DNA of 64,000 nucleotides from the human T2T-CHM13v2.0 reference genome, Homo sapiens: assembly GCF_009914755.1 (NCBI RefSeq), contig NC_060929.1; one strand, 5' to 3'. A program made the position numbers and the translations under genes. The notes beneath the pieces are model-generated. The model was not told where the DNA came from and made no database searches. It saw only the letters and a program-made list of their open reading frames with translations. Of this stretch, positions 30,001 through 48,546 are shown piece after piece (positions within the stretch are counted from its first letter, which is position 1; every line of letters starts with the position of its first letter).

Positions 30001-30548
30001 CTCAGCAACCAGTGAGCTAAGTAGATGGATTTTGACACCTAAAGTTAAGATAAGAGAAAAATAAAAAATAAATAAAATGAAGACAAGAGGATGTTTTAAG
30101 ATGTGATTAAATTTGAATAAAGCAAAACAAGATTAAACAGTGGTTAAAAACAATTTAGTGCAGAGGAACCTTGCAAATTCAAGTGGTTACGGGGAGAAGA
30201 CAGAGAAGGAAAATGAATGAAGTGAGCTGAATGAAAGAGGATGGAAGACAATGGGCACTGATTTTCCACTGCTGTGGAAACACAAATGACATAAGCATTA
30301 CATCAGTCCAGAGAGTGCTGACCCCATCTAAAGGGAGTGTTTTTTCATTTGCTATCAGGAGGGCCCAGTGCTGCCAGATCTTCTCATAGCTGAAGAAAGT
30401 TTGAAATCTCACTGTACAGTTCAATGGTGTTAAATGCATTCATTGTGTTGAGCAACCACCACCATGATCTATCTCCATAAGTCTTTTGATCATGTAAAAC
30501 TGAAACTCTGTGTTTATTTAGCAATAACTCTCCATACTCCTCTCTCCC

Positions 30549-30926
30549 TGATATGGTTTGGCTGTGTGTACCCACTCAAATCTCATGTTGAATTGTAATC
30601 CCCAGTACTGGGGGAGGGACCTGGTGGGAGGCGATCGGATCACGAAGGTGGATTTCCTTCTTGCTGTTCTTGTGATAGTGAGTGAGTTCTTACGAGATCT
30701 GGTTGTTAAAAGTGTGTAGCACTTCCGCCTTTGCTCTTTCTCCTGCTGGTCATGTGAAGACATGCCTTGCTTGCCCTTCACTTTCTACCATGATCGTAAG
30801 TTTCCTGAGGCCTTCCCAGCCATGCCTTCTGTAACTGCAGAACTGCGAGTTAATTAAACCTCTTTTCCTTGTAAATTAACCAGTCTCAAGTAGTTCTTTA
30901 TAGCAGTGTTAGAATGGATTGATACA
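30549..30926 (+). mobile_element. MSTA solo LTR nested in L1M
   Basis: tgatatggtttggctgtg...tagcagtgttagaatggattgataca, with TSD ctccc/ttccc. Confidence 0.9.
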
Positions 30927-31263
30927 TTCCCATTCCCTAACAACCACTTTTCTACTTTGTCTCTATGATTTTGACTGTTCTAAGTTGCTCATATAAGTGG
31001 AATCATACAGTATTTGTCTTTTGCGACTGGCTTATTTCACTTAGCATAGTGTCCTCAAGTTTCATCTGTGTTGTAGCATGTGTAAGAATTTCTTTGCTTT
31101 TTAAGGCTGAATAATATTTCATTGTATGTATATACCACTGTTTGGTTATCCATTCATACCATTGATGGACACTTGGATTGCTTCCACATTTTAACTATTG
31201 TGAATAAGATTGCTAGGAACATAGGTAAAAAAATGTCTCTTCAAGATACTGCTTTCAATTCTT

Positions 31264-31650
31264 CCTCTTTTTTTCTTTTCTTTTCCTTTTTTTTTTTTTT
31301 TTTAAAGTTATGGGATACATGTGCAGGACGTCTAGGTTCGTTACATAGGTTTACATGTGCCATGGTGGTTTGCTGCGCCTATCAACCCGTCAACTAGGTT
31401 GTAAGCCCTGCATGCATTAGGTATTTGTCCTAATGCTCTCTCTCTCCTTGCCCTATACCCCCCAACAGGCCTCAGTGTGTGATGTTCCCCTCTCTGTGTC
31501 CATGTGTTCTCATTGTTCAACTTCCGCTTATGAGTGAGAACATGCGGTGTTTGGTTTTCTGTTCCTGTGTTAGTTTGCTGAGAATGATGGTTTCCAGCTT
31601 CATCCATGTCCCTGCAAAGGACATGAACTTATTCTTTTTAATTGCTGCAG
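31264..31650 (-). mobile_element. L1PA8/10-like 3' fragment nested in L1M
   Basis: gcatgcattaggtatttgtcctaatgc 3' UTR. TSD ctgctttca(a/g)ttctt at 31249-31263 and 31651-31665. Confidence 0.88.
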
Positions 31651-32204
31651 CTGCTTTCAGTTCTTTTGAGTATATACCCAGAAGTAGAATTGCTGGATCA
31701 GATGGTAATTCTATTTTTAATTTTCGAGCCACTACACTGTTTTCTATCATGGCTGGCATATTTTACATTCCCATCAACAGGGCACAAAGCTTCCGATTTC
31801 TGTACATCTTTGCCAAACACTTCTTATTTTCTGAAGTTAGTTTGTTTTTGGTAGTCGCCACCCTAAAGGGTGTGTGGTGGTATCTCATGGTAATTTTGAA
31901 TTGCATTTCCTTAATGATTGGTGATGTCGAGCATCTTTTCATGTACCCATTAGTAGTTTGTATATCCTCTTTGGAGAAATGTCTATTCAAATCCTTTGCC
32001 CATTTTTGAATGGGGTTGTTTATATTGTTGGAGCTGTAGGAGTTCTCAATATATTTGTTAATCCCATACTGGATGTATGATTTGCAGATTTTTTTCTCCA
32101 TTCTGTGTGTTACCTTTTTACTCTACTGATACCTTTTGATGCACATTTTTAAAGAATTTTTATGAAGTCTAATTTTCTCTTTTGTGTTTGTGTCTCTGGT
32201 ATTA

Positions 32205-32284
32205 TTAGGTTGGTGAAAAAGTAATTGAGGTTTTTGTCATTACTTTTAATGGCAAAAACCGCAATTACTTTTGCACCAACCTAA
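32205..32284. mobile_element. MADE1 (Hsmar1-derived 80-bp MITE)
   Basis: Palindrome ttaggttggtgaaaaagtaattgagg...ccgcaattacttttgcaccaacctaa, preceded by TA. Confidence 0.97.
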
Positions 32285-32424
32285 AATATCTAAGAAATCA
32301 TTGCCAAATCCAATGCCATGCCATTATCCCCCTATGTTTTCTTCTAAGTGTGTTATAGTTTAGGTCTTATATTTAGGTCTTTGACATATTTTGAGGATTC
32401 TTTTTAACTTTCTAAAAAAATTAA

Positions 32425-32750
32425 TTTATTTTTAAGTGACAAATTATTGTGTATATTAATTAGGTAGAATGTGATGTTTTGATTTACGTATACATTGTAG
32501 AAAGATTCACTGGAGCTAACTGACATATTTATCACCTTATGAACTTATCTTTGGGGTGAGGACATTAAAATTATATTATTTTGGCAACTTTGGAATATAT
32601 AACACATTATTATTAACAGGCAGTACAATTATGAATCATTAAAACTTATTCCTCCAGTCTAACTGAAACTTTGTACCCTTTGATCAACATCTCCCCGTTT
32701 TCTATTTCCTCCCCTCGCTTTCAGCCTCTGGTAACCACCTTTCTACTTTG
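32425..32750 (-). mobile_element. L1MA 3' end fragment nested in L1M
   Basis: cttattcctccagtctaactgaaactttgtaccctttgatcaacatctcccc. Confidence 0.7.
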
Positions 32751-35700
32751 AGTTAAATTTGTAGCTAGTGTCAGGTAAGGGTCCAGCTTTTCTCTTGCAT
32801 GTGGATATCCAATTTCCCAGCTCCCTTTGTCGAAAGACTGTCCTTTCTGCATTGAATGGCCTTGGCACCCTTTCAAAAATCATTTGACCGTATATGTGAG
32901 GGTTTTTCTGGACCTTCTATTCTATTTTATTGGTCTATATGTTTTTCTTTATGCCAGTTCCGCACTGTTTTTATTACTCTATCTTTGCAGTAAGTTTTAA
33001 AATTAGGAAGGGTGAGTCATCCAGCTTTGTTCTTCTTTTTAGAGACTGTTATAGCTATTCAAGGTCCCTTGATACTCCATATGAATTTTAAGATAGATTA
33101 TTCTATTTCTGCAAAAAGTATTATTGGGATTTAATAGGGATTGCACTGAAGATCACTTTGTGTGGTATAAAAATCTCAACAATATTAAGTCTTCCAATCA
33201 GTGGACATGGAATGTGTTTACATTTATTTATGTCTTCTTTAATTTCTTATAGCAACATTTTGTAATTTTATTGTTTAAGTCTTTCAGCTCTTTGGTTAAT
33301 TCGTAAGTATTTTACTCTTTTTAGTCTTGTTGTAAATGAGATTGTTTTCATGGTTTCTTTTTCAGTTCATTGTTAGTGTATAAAAAATCCAATTAATTTT
33401 TGTGTGTTGATTTGTATCCTGCTCCTTTGCTGAACTCATGTATTAGCTCTAACAATTGTTTGTGGAACCCTTAGCATTATCTACATATAGTAACATGATA
33501 TCCACTGTGAACAGAGATAAATTTTACTTCTTCCCTTCCCATTTGGATAATTTTTATTTTTTTTCTGGCCTAATTGCTTTTGCTGGGTTTTCCAGTGCTA
33601 TATCAAACAGAAATGGTGAAACTGAACATCCTTATTTTGTTCCTGATCTTAGAGGAAAAGCTTTCAGTCTTTCACCATTGAGTATGATGTTTGCTGTGGG
33701 TTTTTCTTTACTGAATTTTATTATGTTGAGGTAGTCTTATTCTATTTTCAGTTTGTTGCATATTTCTGCCATGAAAATATGTTGAATTTCCTCGACTGCT
33801 TTTTTCTGCACCAATTGAAATGATCATTCATTTTTTATTTTATTCTGTTAATATGATGTATTATGTTGAACATTTTTTTCTATGTTGAACTATCCCTGCA
33901 TTTTAGAAATAAATCCCGCTTGGTCATGGTGTATAATTCTTTAAATATACTGCTAATTGTGGTTTGCTAGTATTATGTTGAGAATTTTTGCGTTGGAGAA
34001 CTTTATCCCTTTTGTTCATAAGAAATATTGATCTTCAGTTTTCTTTTCTCTTAGTGTCTTTGTCTTCATTATCAGGGTAATGCTGAATTCATAGAACAAA
34101 CTAGGAAGTGTTCTCTCTTCTTCAATTTTTTGGAAAAATTAGAGAAGTAGTGGTATCTGTTATTTAAATGTTTGGTAGAATTCACCCATGAAGTCATAAT
34201 ATCTGGTGATTTTGTTTGTCAGGAGATTTTTGGTTACTGACTCAATCTCCTTAATAGCTATAGGTCTATTTAGATTTTCTGTTTCTTCATGACTTGGTCT
34301 TGGTAGGTTTTATGTTCCTAGAAATTTGTTCATTTCATCTAGGTTATCTAATTTGTCGGTGTAAAGTTGTTCATAGTACTTCCTTTTAAGCTTTTTTACT
34401 TTTGTAGAATCAGGAATAATGTCCCCAATGTTATTTCTGCTTTTAGTAAACTGAGTCATCTCTTTCTCTCTTAGTCAATCTAGCTTAAAGTTTGTCAATT
34501 TCATTGATCTGTTCAAATAATCAACTTTTGGTTTCATTGATTTTTTCTGTTGCTTTTCTATTCTCTTATCTCTGATTTAATTTTTAATTATTTTCTTCCT
34601 TCTGCTGGCTTTGGGTTTAGTTTATTCTTCTTTAGTTTATTACTTATTGTAAGGTTAGGTTATTGATTTAAGATCTTTCTTGTTCTTTTAATGTAAACAT
34701 TTGTAGCTATAAATTTCCCCTTTAGCATGACCTTCACTGTGCACTATATTCTGTAAGTTTTGGTATGTTCTGTTTTTATTTTTAGTTTTCTCTAAGAATT
34801 TCACAATTTCCCATTTGTTTTCTTCTTTGATCATTAGCTTTTCAACACTGCATCATTTAATTTCCACAAATTTGTAACTTAAAAAAATTGTACTGGTGTT
34901 ATTGATTTCTAACTTTAACCTATTGTGGTTAGAGAAGATGCTTTGTATGATACTTGCCTTTTAAAGCCTAATGAAACTTAATCTGTGGTAAAACATACAG
35001 TGTATCCTCTAAAATGTCCCATGTGCATTGGAGAAACGTGTGCTGTTTTTGTTGGGTAAAATATTCTGTATATATCTATTATTATGTTAAGTCTGCTGTT
35101 TCCTTACTCGTCTTCTATCTGGTTGTTCTAGTCATTATTTAGAGTGGCATAATAAAGTCTCCAGTTATTATTGTAGAACAGTCTGTTTCTGCCTTCAATT
35201 ATGTCAGTTTTTGCTTCCTATACTTTGGTAGTTATTAGGTGCATAAATAATTTTTATTATTATATCTTCTCACTGCATTAATATTTTTGTGAATATATAA
35301 TTTCCTTCTCAGTGTTTTGTAATCTTTTTTGATTGAAAGTGTATTTTGTCTGATATTAGTGTAGCCACTTCTGCTCTCTTTTTGTTACTATTTCCATAGA
35401 ATATCATTTTCCATCCTTTCACTTTATTTGTATCTTTGGATCTAAAGTGAGTTTCTTATAGACAGCACTTAGTTGGATCACATGTTTTCATCCATACTGC
35501 TGTCTTTTTATTGGAAAGTTTAGTACATTTACATTTAGAGTGATTACTGATAAGAAGAGACTTCTATTATTTCACTATTTTTTATTTTATATTTTATTTT
35601 TATTATTCTATATTTCACTATTTATTATTATATTATAGTGAAGTGTTTAAATTTTTCTCATGTCTAAATTCCCATACCATGGAGATTACATTTAACATCT

Positions 35701-38700
35701 TAAAGTGAATATGCTTTAATTTGAATTTATACCATTTTAACTTCAGTTACGTATAAAAACTCTGCTTGTTTACAACTCTTTCCTCACCTCTTTAAGTTGC
35801 TGATGTCACAGAATTACATCTTTATACACTGTGTGCCCCAAAACATAAACTAATAGTTTTTTAAAAATGTATTAGTCTCTGAAATTGTGTAGAAAACAAA
35901 ATGTGGAATTAGAAACTGAAGTTACCATAATACTCATTTTTAAACTGATTTTAATGGCTTTGTCTCTTTAATCATGGTGTAAAAAAAAGTGGAACTACAA
36001 ACTGTTGTTACAATACTAGCTTTTCTAATTGCTCACATATTTACTTTCATTGAGATATTTATTTCTTCACATGACTTTGAATTACCATCCATTGTTCTTT
36101 TATTTTATCCTGCAGGACTCCCTTGATCATTTTCTTTTTTTACAGAGAAGGTCTAGTGGTAATAAATTCTCTCAGCTTTAGTTTGTCTAGGAATGTCTTA
36201 ATTTTTCCCTCATTTTTGGACAACAGTTTTGCCAGAAATAGGATTCTTAGCAGAGAGATTTTTTTTTTCTTTTAGCACTTTGACTATATGACCCACTATC
36301 TTCTAGCCTCCAGAGTTTCTGATGAGAAATTTTCTGAAAATCTTATTCATGATCCCCTTTTTGTGACTAGCCACCTTTCTCTGTCACTTTCAAAACTCTC
36401 TCATTGTCCTTTGTAAGTTTGTTTATAGTGTGTCTTGGTGTGAGTTTCTTTGAGTTCATCATTGAGCTTCTTGGATGTTTATATTAACATCAACATATTC
36501 AGGAAGTTATTAGCCATTGCTTCCTCAAATATTCTTTCTGCCCCCTTCTCTCTCTCTTTCCTCCCTCTGGAACTCACACAATGTATATGTTGGTCTGTTT
36601 GATGGCGTCCCACAGATCCCTGAGGATTCTTCACTTTTCTTCAATCTTTTTTCTTTCTGTTCCTCAGGCTTGATAATTTCCATTGTCCTCTTCAAGTTTA
36701 CTGCTTCTTTCTTCTGTCTGATCAAATCTGCCTTTGAATCCCTCTGCCAAATTTTGCATTTTAGTTAGTGTACTTCTCAGCTTCAAATTTTCTTTTTGGT
36801 TTCTTTCTAGGTTTTGTATATGTTTATTAATATTTCCCTTTTGTTTATACTTCATTTCTTGACTTTCTCCACATCTCCCTTTGGTTCCTTGCTCATCTTC
36901 AAGACAATTGTTTTAAAGTCTTTATCTAGTAGTTCTCTTTCAGGAGCAGCTTCTGTTGCTTATTTGTTGCTCTTTGAATGGTCAATAGTTTCCTGTTTCT
37001 TTGTGTGTTTTATAGTTTTTTTTGTTGTTAAAAGCTGGACATTTGAATCTAATATTCTGGTAATTCTGAGAATCAGTTTTTCTCTTTCCCAGGTTTGAGT
37101 TATTGTTACTGCTTTTTAAAAATTGTAGGCTGTCTCTGGGCTGAGGATCAGCCTGAGATGTAAATTTAAGGTCTTCTCATGTCTTTTCTGAGCCTTTCTC
37201 TGGGCATGTGAAGTCACTTGCTAATTTTTCCCATATATGCAGTTATTTTTGGATGCCCTATTCTTTAACGTCTGGCTCCCAAAAGGAAAAAAAGAGAAAA
37301 ATAAAGAGGGGGAAGGGCATCAGCCCTTTAAATTCCACCTCTTTGTTCACCACTCTGTGATCAGAAGCAGCAATAAGTGATGAAATATCCTTGATATTTG
37401 TAGGACAGGGTCCTTTTACGCCCACCCTGGCTCCTGGTAACTCTTTACATGCTGCTCCAGGAACACAAAACAACTTCTTGCCATGAGGCTAAGAGGTGGG
37501 GGATGGACAGCTGCCAATGTGCTAAAAGCTGCAATTGACTACAGTTTTTCATCCATGCCCTCCCCTGGAAATTTCAAGTCTTCGATAGACTCCAGAGTTC
37601 CAAAACAGTTACATCAGACAGAGTCTGCCAGTTCAATTGTTGTCTACAAGGGAAGATAGAATCCTTGTGCTTCCCCCTCTGCATCGTCCCAGTATCCTCT
37701 TAAAATGAAGTAATTTTTAATTCTAGAACTAATATATTATTAAAATATTAAATGTAAATGACTAAGGAATTACATTCTGATAGAGAACAATACTAGATGA
37801 AGTTTTCTGCTAATCTGTATCCTCAGGTAAATTTTCATGAGCCTAGGCATTTGCTTTATATAATCAAGCAATGCCAGAAGAGTGGGATGGACAATGAGCA
37901 ATGTAAGAATTCAAAGACAAAACAAAACATGGTTGTCTGGTATGGTTATAGATGGCTTCAAGAAGAGGTAGGACTTGATCTGTCCTTCACAGGGTCATTA
38001 GATTTGAAAAAACAAAAACAAAACAAAACAGGTTAGAGGGGAAGTTTTTTCTGGGCAGAAGGCGCAGTAGAACCATGAGTTCAATGGGAGGAAACTATAA
38101 GATGCTTTCTTTTCTACTGGACAGACTGAACCATCACAGAGGCAATATTGGGCAAAACAAACATTAACACAAAGCAAAACAAAGAAAAAACATTACTGCT
38201 TATTTACAGTCCTTAACTTCCCCTATTAGGGCTCAGAGGCATGAAAAGTTTAACTTATTTGGGGAGTACAAACTCAGGTATTTGAATAAGGCTGCCTGAA
38301 AACCTGACAGTCTAAAAGGCATGCTTTAGTGCTCACAACATTTACCTACATTGTCTTCATGTGGCCACACTTTCTCCTAATTTCCCTCAAAAGACTTTGT
38401 ACACATAAGGTTAATTATATTTCTTCATTTATGTTTATTACTTCTGTATGCTGTCACTGTTAATAGACGACAAGCTGAATTTTGAACTTCACTTGTAAGC
38501 TTTGGATCTCAAGGATGGATTTCTCTCAAAGAGTCAAAAGTTTATTTGCCTACTGAAGTAAATTGTAGGTGCCTTCTCTGACACCAGCTTCCTGTGATCT
38601 TCAAGGTTTTGGTGGTTTCAATATTAATTTGACCAGTAAATAATTAGATTAAACATTGCAATAGTCTAGTTATTGATGTAGAGTTTGGACCTTTTAAATA

Positions 38701-39129
38701 ATAAGACTCTGCCTGTCTGATACAACTTGATTACACACCTGTTTCTAAAGAACTGCTTATTAGAGCTTTCCCTGGCAAAGTCATAATACGGATGAGACTG
38801 TGAAGTTAGTTCGTCTCCAATCAGAGCTGCCCTGGACAAGAGTCTGAAGATGTGTATGTGGTGTGTGTGTGGTCGGGGGGTAGGCATCCTGGAAGGATGC
38901 CAACAGAGGCTTGCTTGGGACAGTCAGGAGGAAGAATGTTAATTAAAAGTCCAGTTAAGTAGGCTCTAAAAAATAATAAATCAAGAAGTTGATTAGCTAA
39001 TGGGGCTGAGTGGAACGGGATCCAAAGCATCAAAGTGAGGGTCAGAAACAGGATGATTGGAAACAAAGCCAAGTCAGGAAGCTCCCTGGGAAGTCTAAGA
39101 CAATGTTCTGGCAACATCTTATGCATAGG

Positions 39130-39305
39130 TTGATGAACCCAGCTGAACAAGGCCCTTTTCTGAACAGTACTAGAGACTGGGTGAATCCATATGATTTGAT
39201 AGGAAGGGAACAATATTGATGAGCCCAGCTGAACAAAGCCCTTGTTCTGACAGTACCCGAGTCTTGGTGGATTCATACAATTTGGTGGTCAGGGAGCAGT
39301 ATTGA
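39130..39305. repeat. Tandem duplication, 2 x 86 bp, about 80% identity
   Basis: Units start ttgatgaacccagctgaacaa (39130) and ttgatgagcccagctgaacaa (39216). Confidence 0.9.
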
Positions 39306-40379
39306 CAGGTGATTTCGCAAGCACTAGTTTTGGAGCATTGTTTTCATAGTCCGTCAAATGAGATATTTGTACTGATGATTTGTCAAGTCTGCATGAATGA
39401 TTACATTCTCTGACACCATCTGCATATCGCATCCAAAGCTCTGAGCTCATGCTTCTCCTAGAGCCAGCTAGTTCTTCCTTAGCATTTGCAAATCTATTCC
39501 TGGTAAACATGCTGCAAATCAACACTGTTCCACCCCAGGTAACATCTGAGGAAAGCAAATAGCTAGGGCAGAGCAACATAACACCCATCCTTCCTCAGCA
39601 GTGGAAGGCACCTCAGTTAGCACTTTCTGCAGGAAGGAAATGTCTGTGGAGTGTTCCTTTCCATATGTCCTAAGATCAAACCCTGGAATCTGAGAAAATC
39701 CTTGTGATGTGAATGTGTCATCCTATAAAATTAAGTATACCAATCAGGCTGCAAGAAAGTGAGTAAAGTGCATGCCAAGTTTGCCTGTGGTAGCATAAAT
39801 GCGTCTTAGCTGTTTCCTGAAGATAGGAGCTGGAACTCTTATGGGGAAAGCTGACTGAGCGCACACATTTCACCCTTGGCCTACTTTGTTTATCTTGAGA
39901 CCACTGAAGCATTTAGTCTAGACCGTACAGTGTTTTCAGTGTGTCCTGTTCATTCTTTCCCAAGCATCTGTTTTTTCTCAAGCCCCATGTGACTCACCTT
40001 ACATGGCCTTCTGCTGGGATCCAAGAACTCCTGCGAATGTCCTATCCTGTGCTTGGGTCATTGAAGACATCTGTTAAAGCCTGGGGCCTGTCCTTTGAGG
40101 TGACTTCTCAAGCAATATGAAGTTGAATTTTCTTTCTGGACAGGGAATTTAAGGCCTTTGCATATGACTTTATATGGGATTTTAGAATTCAGTGAAGGGA
40201 ACGGCCAGGGAGCTCTTGCCTTTGGAACTCCTACTACAGGTCTGCCATTCTGGGAACTTCTCATGGTAGAAGCATTAAAATCCTTCAGGAGACTTCAGCC
40301 ACCACACTTGTTCATTTTTACATCATTCATTCCCATTATATCATGGTTCTCACTATTTTTTTTTTACTTCTAAAGTGTT

Positions 40380-41200
40380 TAAACTCACCAGTCAACAAGT
40401 ATGTATTGAGTCCTAACACAATATAATTGTGTTAAGCTAACTGCTTTACAAAGGCAGAAGCAGAGCTCTGATCTCAAGAAATTTAGACCTGACATAAGAT
40501 GATAAAATAATTCATACAAAGGAACATCTACTAAGGCAAGGTGGTGTGTCATGAAGGCCTAAACTGTGGATGGCAGACAACAAGTTTTGTGGAAGTAGAA
40601 CCTGAAAAGAGAGCAATGGTGTCTATAAGAATTTTAATGCTTCCTAATAGAAATTGATTTGTTCTAGGCTTTGTAGGATGGGTAGAAATTGAATTGTGGG
40701 TGGATAATGAGGACTTTATAGGCAAAATAAATTATCTGAATTCATTCAGATATGTAGAAATAATGTACTTAGTGATGCATAAGACAACAGTCCAGATTCA
40801 GTTTTATTTGGTTTTATTTCCTACAGTATAGTGAGGAATAAAATTGGGGTTGATCAAGGCTTTACAGATTTGAGAAGCCTTGAAAACCCTACAAAAATAT
40901 TTAGAATGGATTTCATAAGAAACAAAAAAAAAGCATCAGATAATATTTCTGCTGCATAGAGCAGCATAGGAAGATAAAACTGGCATCTGTGCCCAGGAAG
41001 GACCCAATTGCATGGAGTGAGAGACCAGCCAGGAACCACAGTCTCAACAATACGGGCAAAGGCAAGTGAATCCAGAAGATATTAGAGGCAGGGACAGAGA
41101 GGAAAAGACAGACATGTGAGACATCAGAGCAGAAAAGCATCAGGACTGCATGCATGCAATGGAGAGAAAGGAATCAAAGAGAGAGAGACAATGGGATAGT
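40380..41200 (-). mobile_element. L2 fragments
   Basis: caacaagtatgtattgagtcct matches the L2 3' end, with downstream L2-like sequence. Boundaries are approximate. Confidence 0.5.
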
Positions 41201-41452
41201 GTTCTGAAAGACTCTAGATCAAATTTCTCTGGATGGATCTAAATTTCCCTGACCATATAGACCATACAAAGGACATCCACTTTCCACTCAGCTTGATTCA
41301 TTCATCCAAGTGACGTGTCCTAACTGTTGGTAAGCATTTTGTTGTTGTTGTTGTTTTCCTGTGAACAATCGGTGAATAAACCCTTTAGTTTTTTTGTGCC
41401 ATACAGTCTCTGTCACAAATCCTCCACACAGCTGCTATAGTGCTAAAGCATC

Positions 41453-41811
41453 TGCTACAATGTGAATGCATCCCGCAAATTTCATGTGTTGGAAACAATC
41501 ACCAAATTCATGCTGATAGTATTAGGAGGTAGGGCCTTTGTGATGATTATGGTAGATGTGGCAGATTAGGGTAGTTATGATTAAATAAAGTCACAGGGTG
41601 GAGCCTGCATGTTGGGACTGGTGGCTTTATAAGAAGAGGGCACGCTCTTGCCCTCTCACCACGTTATGACATAGCAAGAAGGCTCTCATCAGAAGTGGCC
41701 CCTTGACTGTGGATTTACCAGCCTCCAATACTATGTCCAAATAACCTCTATTCTTTATAAACTACCCAGTCTGTGATACTCAGCCGTAGCAACAGAAAGT
41801 GACTTAAGAGA
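41453..41811 (+). mobile_element. MST (C/D-like) solo LTR
   Basis: tgctacaatgtgaatg...tagcaacagaaagtgacttaagaga. Perfect TSD gcatc at 41448-41452 and 41812-41816. Confidence 0.85.
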
Positions 41812-41816
41812 GCATC

Positions 41817-46515
<4,699 letters not shown>

Positions 46516-46639
46516 AGCATCCTTAATAATACATAAACAAATGAGCTTGGCTATGTTCCACTAAAACTTTATTTACAAAAACAGGTTGAGGGCTAGTTTG
46601 GCTCACAGGATGTAGTTTGCTAAACTTTGCCCTGTAACA

Positions 46640-47110
46640 TTTGAATTTGCAATCCTTGGCCTTTGAGGCCCAAAGTTCTTGCCCTGGGTCTTCCTTCTGA
46701 TCCTGTCTACCATTTCCTACTACTTACTCTTGATTCCAGCCATAGCACACTACCTGCTTTTCTCAAAAGATATCACAGATTTTTACATCCAGAGCGGTAT
46801 ACTCCAGTCCTCCCATGCTTGTTACCCCTCATTAACTATTTCTCATTATTTGAGGATGAGTTCAGAAGTTACCCCATTAGGGAACATTTTCTAAATCCCC
46901 CAACTCCCCCCACAACAGCAGATGAATACTCTGTTACCTGTTTCCATAGCACTTTAAAATATCTCTACCTTAACCCTTATCATAGCATATTTCTATAATT
47001 TTGGAAAGAACTTTGTCTTCGTTTTCTTTGTATTTCACACCCACCCCTCACCCAAACCAAATATCTAAAACAATTCCCAGAATACAGTAGGTGTTTAAGA
47101 AATGTTTATG
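46640..47110 (+). mobile_element. L2 3' fragment
   Basis: Ends acaattcccagaatacagtaggtgtttaagaaatgttt, which is L2 3'-end-like. Confidence 0.55.
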
Positions 47111-47591
47111 CTGTGAGAGCATATAGTTTTAAAAGGAATTTGGGTTTCTGATCAAGGGAGACTGCATTTTTGCCAAGCCCAAAATAATCGTTTTATAAGA
47201 TAGTTAATAAAAAGTACAAAGCTCTAAGAGACAAATACCTATCAAAAGGGCATCCCCCCCCCAAAAAAAAAACTCCTTTATTTTATTTCTGAAATAATAT
47301 TAAGTGAATTAGTAGATACTTTGCTATCAATGGATTCTATTACTTAGAGGGTGGTATTTCTTTTCTTAAATTGTTTCAAAAGTCAAAATTATGTAAATAG
47401 TCTTGCCATTTTCTCACAATGTCAGAAGAGGAGTATAAAAATATATTTGTCCATGATCAAGATCTATGAACATAACCTGGTCCCAGGCTTCCTGAGAATG
47501 AGATGACTTTTCTTTTCCTTCTATAACTATGATGATTGAGATAATGGTCAATTACAACATTCTCTTCTCCCTTGAAGCTCCGACATTTGGG

Positions 47592-48546
47592 TTTCTTTCT
47601 TTACTTTATAATTGAGATGTTATTGGTTGTGTTGAGGATCAGTACATAGACATTTCAATTTGTACACAATTCTTAGCATACATACCAAAAATCTGAAAGG
47701 CCATGAATTGTAATTTCTTTACACAGTCATTCCAGGGGCTTTCTAGCTTAAAATTTGGAGGTAAATTTTCCTTAAGAGGCTATCAAGTACCAGTATCTTC
47801 AAATGTTGATAAGCTGTTTCATACATCCCACCAATTAATAATTTAATAACATATATACTACATACTCAAATTTTCAATCTTAAACACTACATTAACAAAG
47901 TTGTTAGGAAAATGGGACTACCACAGCCAAAGATATAACAAGAGTGCACACAATTCTGACAGGGAGAGCCATGATCAAGGAGCAGTTTTCTTTAGGAAAC
48001 AAATCTAAAAAACAACAAGAAAATAGAAGTGATTCAAAATGCTCAAGACATTAAATGCAGGAGTGTGACTCCATATTGCCATTTAGTATGTTTAGTATTA
48101 GAGGATATAAGAACTAACTGCCTATTTATGGAATGTTAAGCTGACACCCAATACAGTCAAAGCCTCCCATAATTCAATATCCCACACTATTTTCTGATTG
48201 TACCAAAAATAATCAACCAGCTAATGTTTTTACCCCTTAAAAAAGAATTTACACTAAAAAAAAAAATGAGATAAGGTGGGACTTCCTCTTTCTCAAAAAA
48301 AGTTTCCTGAGCTACTAAAGAAACTTGCATTTATAAAATAGTTGATAGAAATAGTACTCTGGATTGTACAAGGGAGACAGGGACCACTGATAAGGTGGGG
48401 TATATGATATTAATCAGAATTGGCTTCTTTCTCTCTGGCTTCATCAGAGGCTGGACATTCTTCAGTTTTAGTTTCTCCATTTTGTGCAGGTAAATCTTCT
48501 TTAGTTTCTTGGCTAGCCACTTTGGCCTGTTTACCCTTTGCTTCCC
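47592..48546 (-). pseudogene. HMGN1: HMGN1 processed pseudogene, 3' part (C-terminal CDS + full 3' UTR)
   Basis: Minus strand reads AKGKQAKVASQETKEDLPAQNGETKTEECPASDEAREKEANSD*, then about 800 bp of HMGN1 3' UTR-like sequence and a degenerate A-rich tail. Intronless. The symbol refers to the parent gene. Confidence 0.95.

Larger units (their letters stand above)
30405..37700 (-). mobile_element. Large old L1M (MA/MB type) spanning 3' UTR, ORF2 and ORF1, with nested insertions
   Basis: ORF2 remnants (31763-32101 [20 protein letters not shown]). ORF1 remnants (36525-36855 EEQKEKRLKKSEES, RFDQTEERSSKLED). Boundaries are approximate. Confidence 0.85.

Noticed and set aside
39130-39305. TGATGA and CTGA motifs in each 86-bp unit read as C/D-box snoRNAs, or the repeat read as CRISPR-like
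   Set aside because: C-to-D spacing is too short, there is no terminal stem, and there are only two units with no unique spacers.
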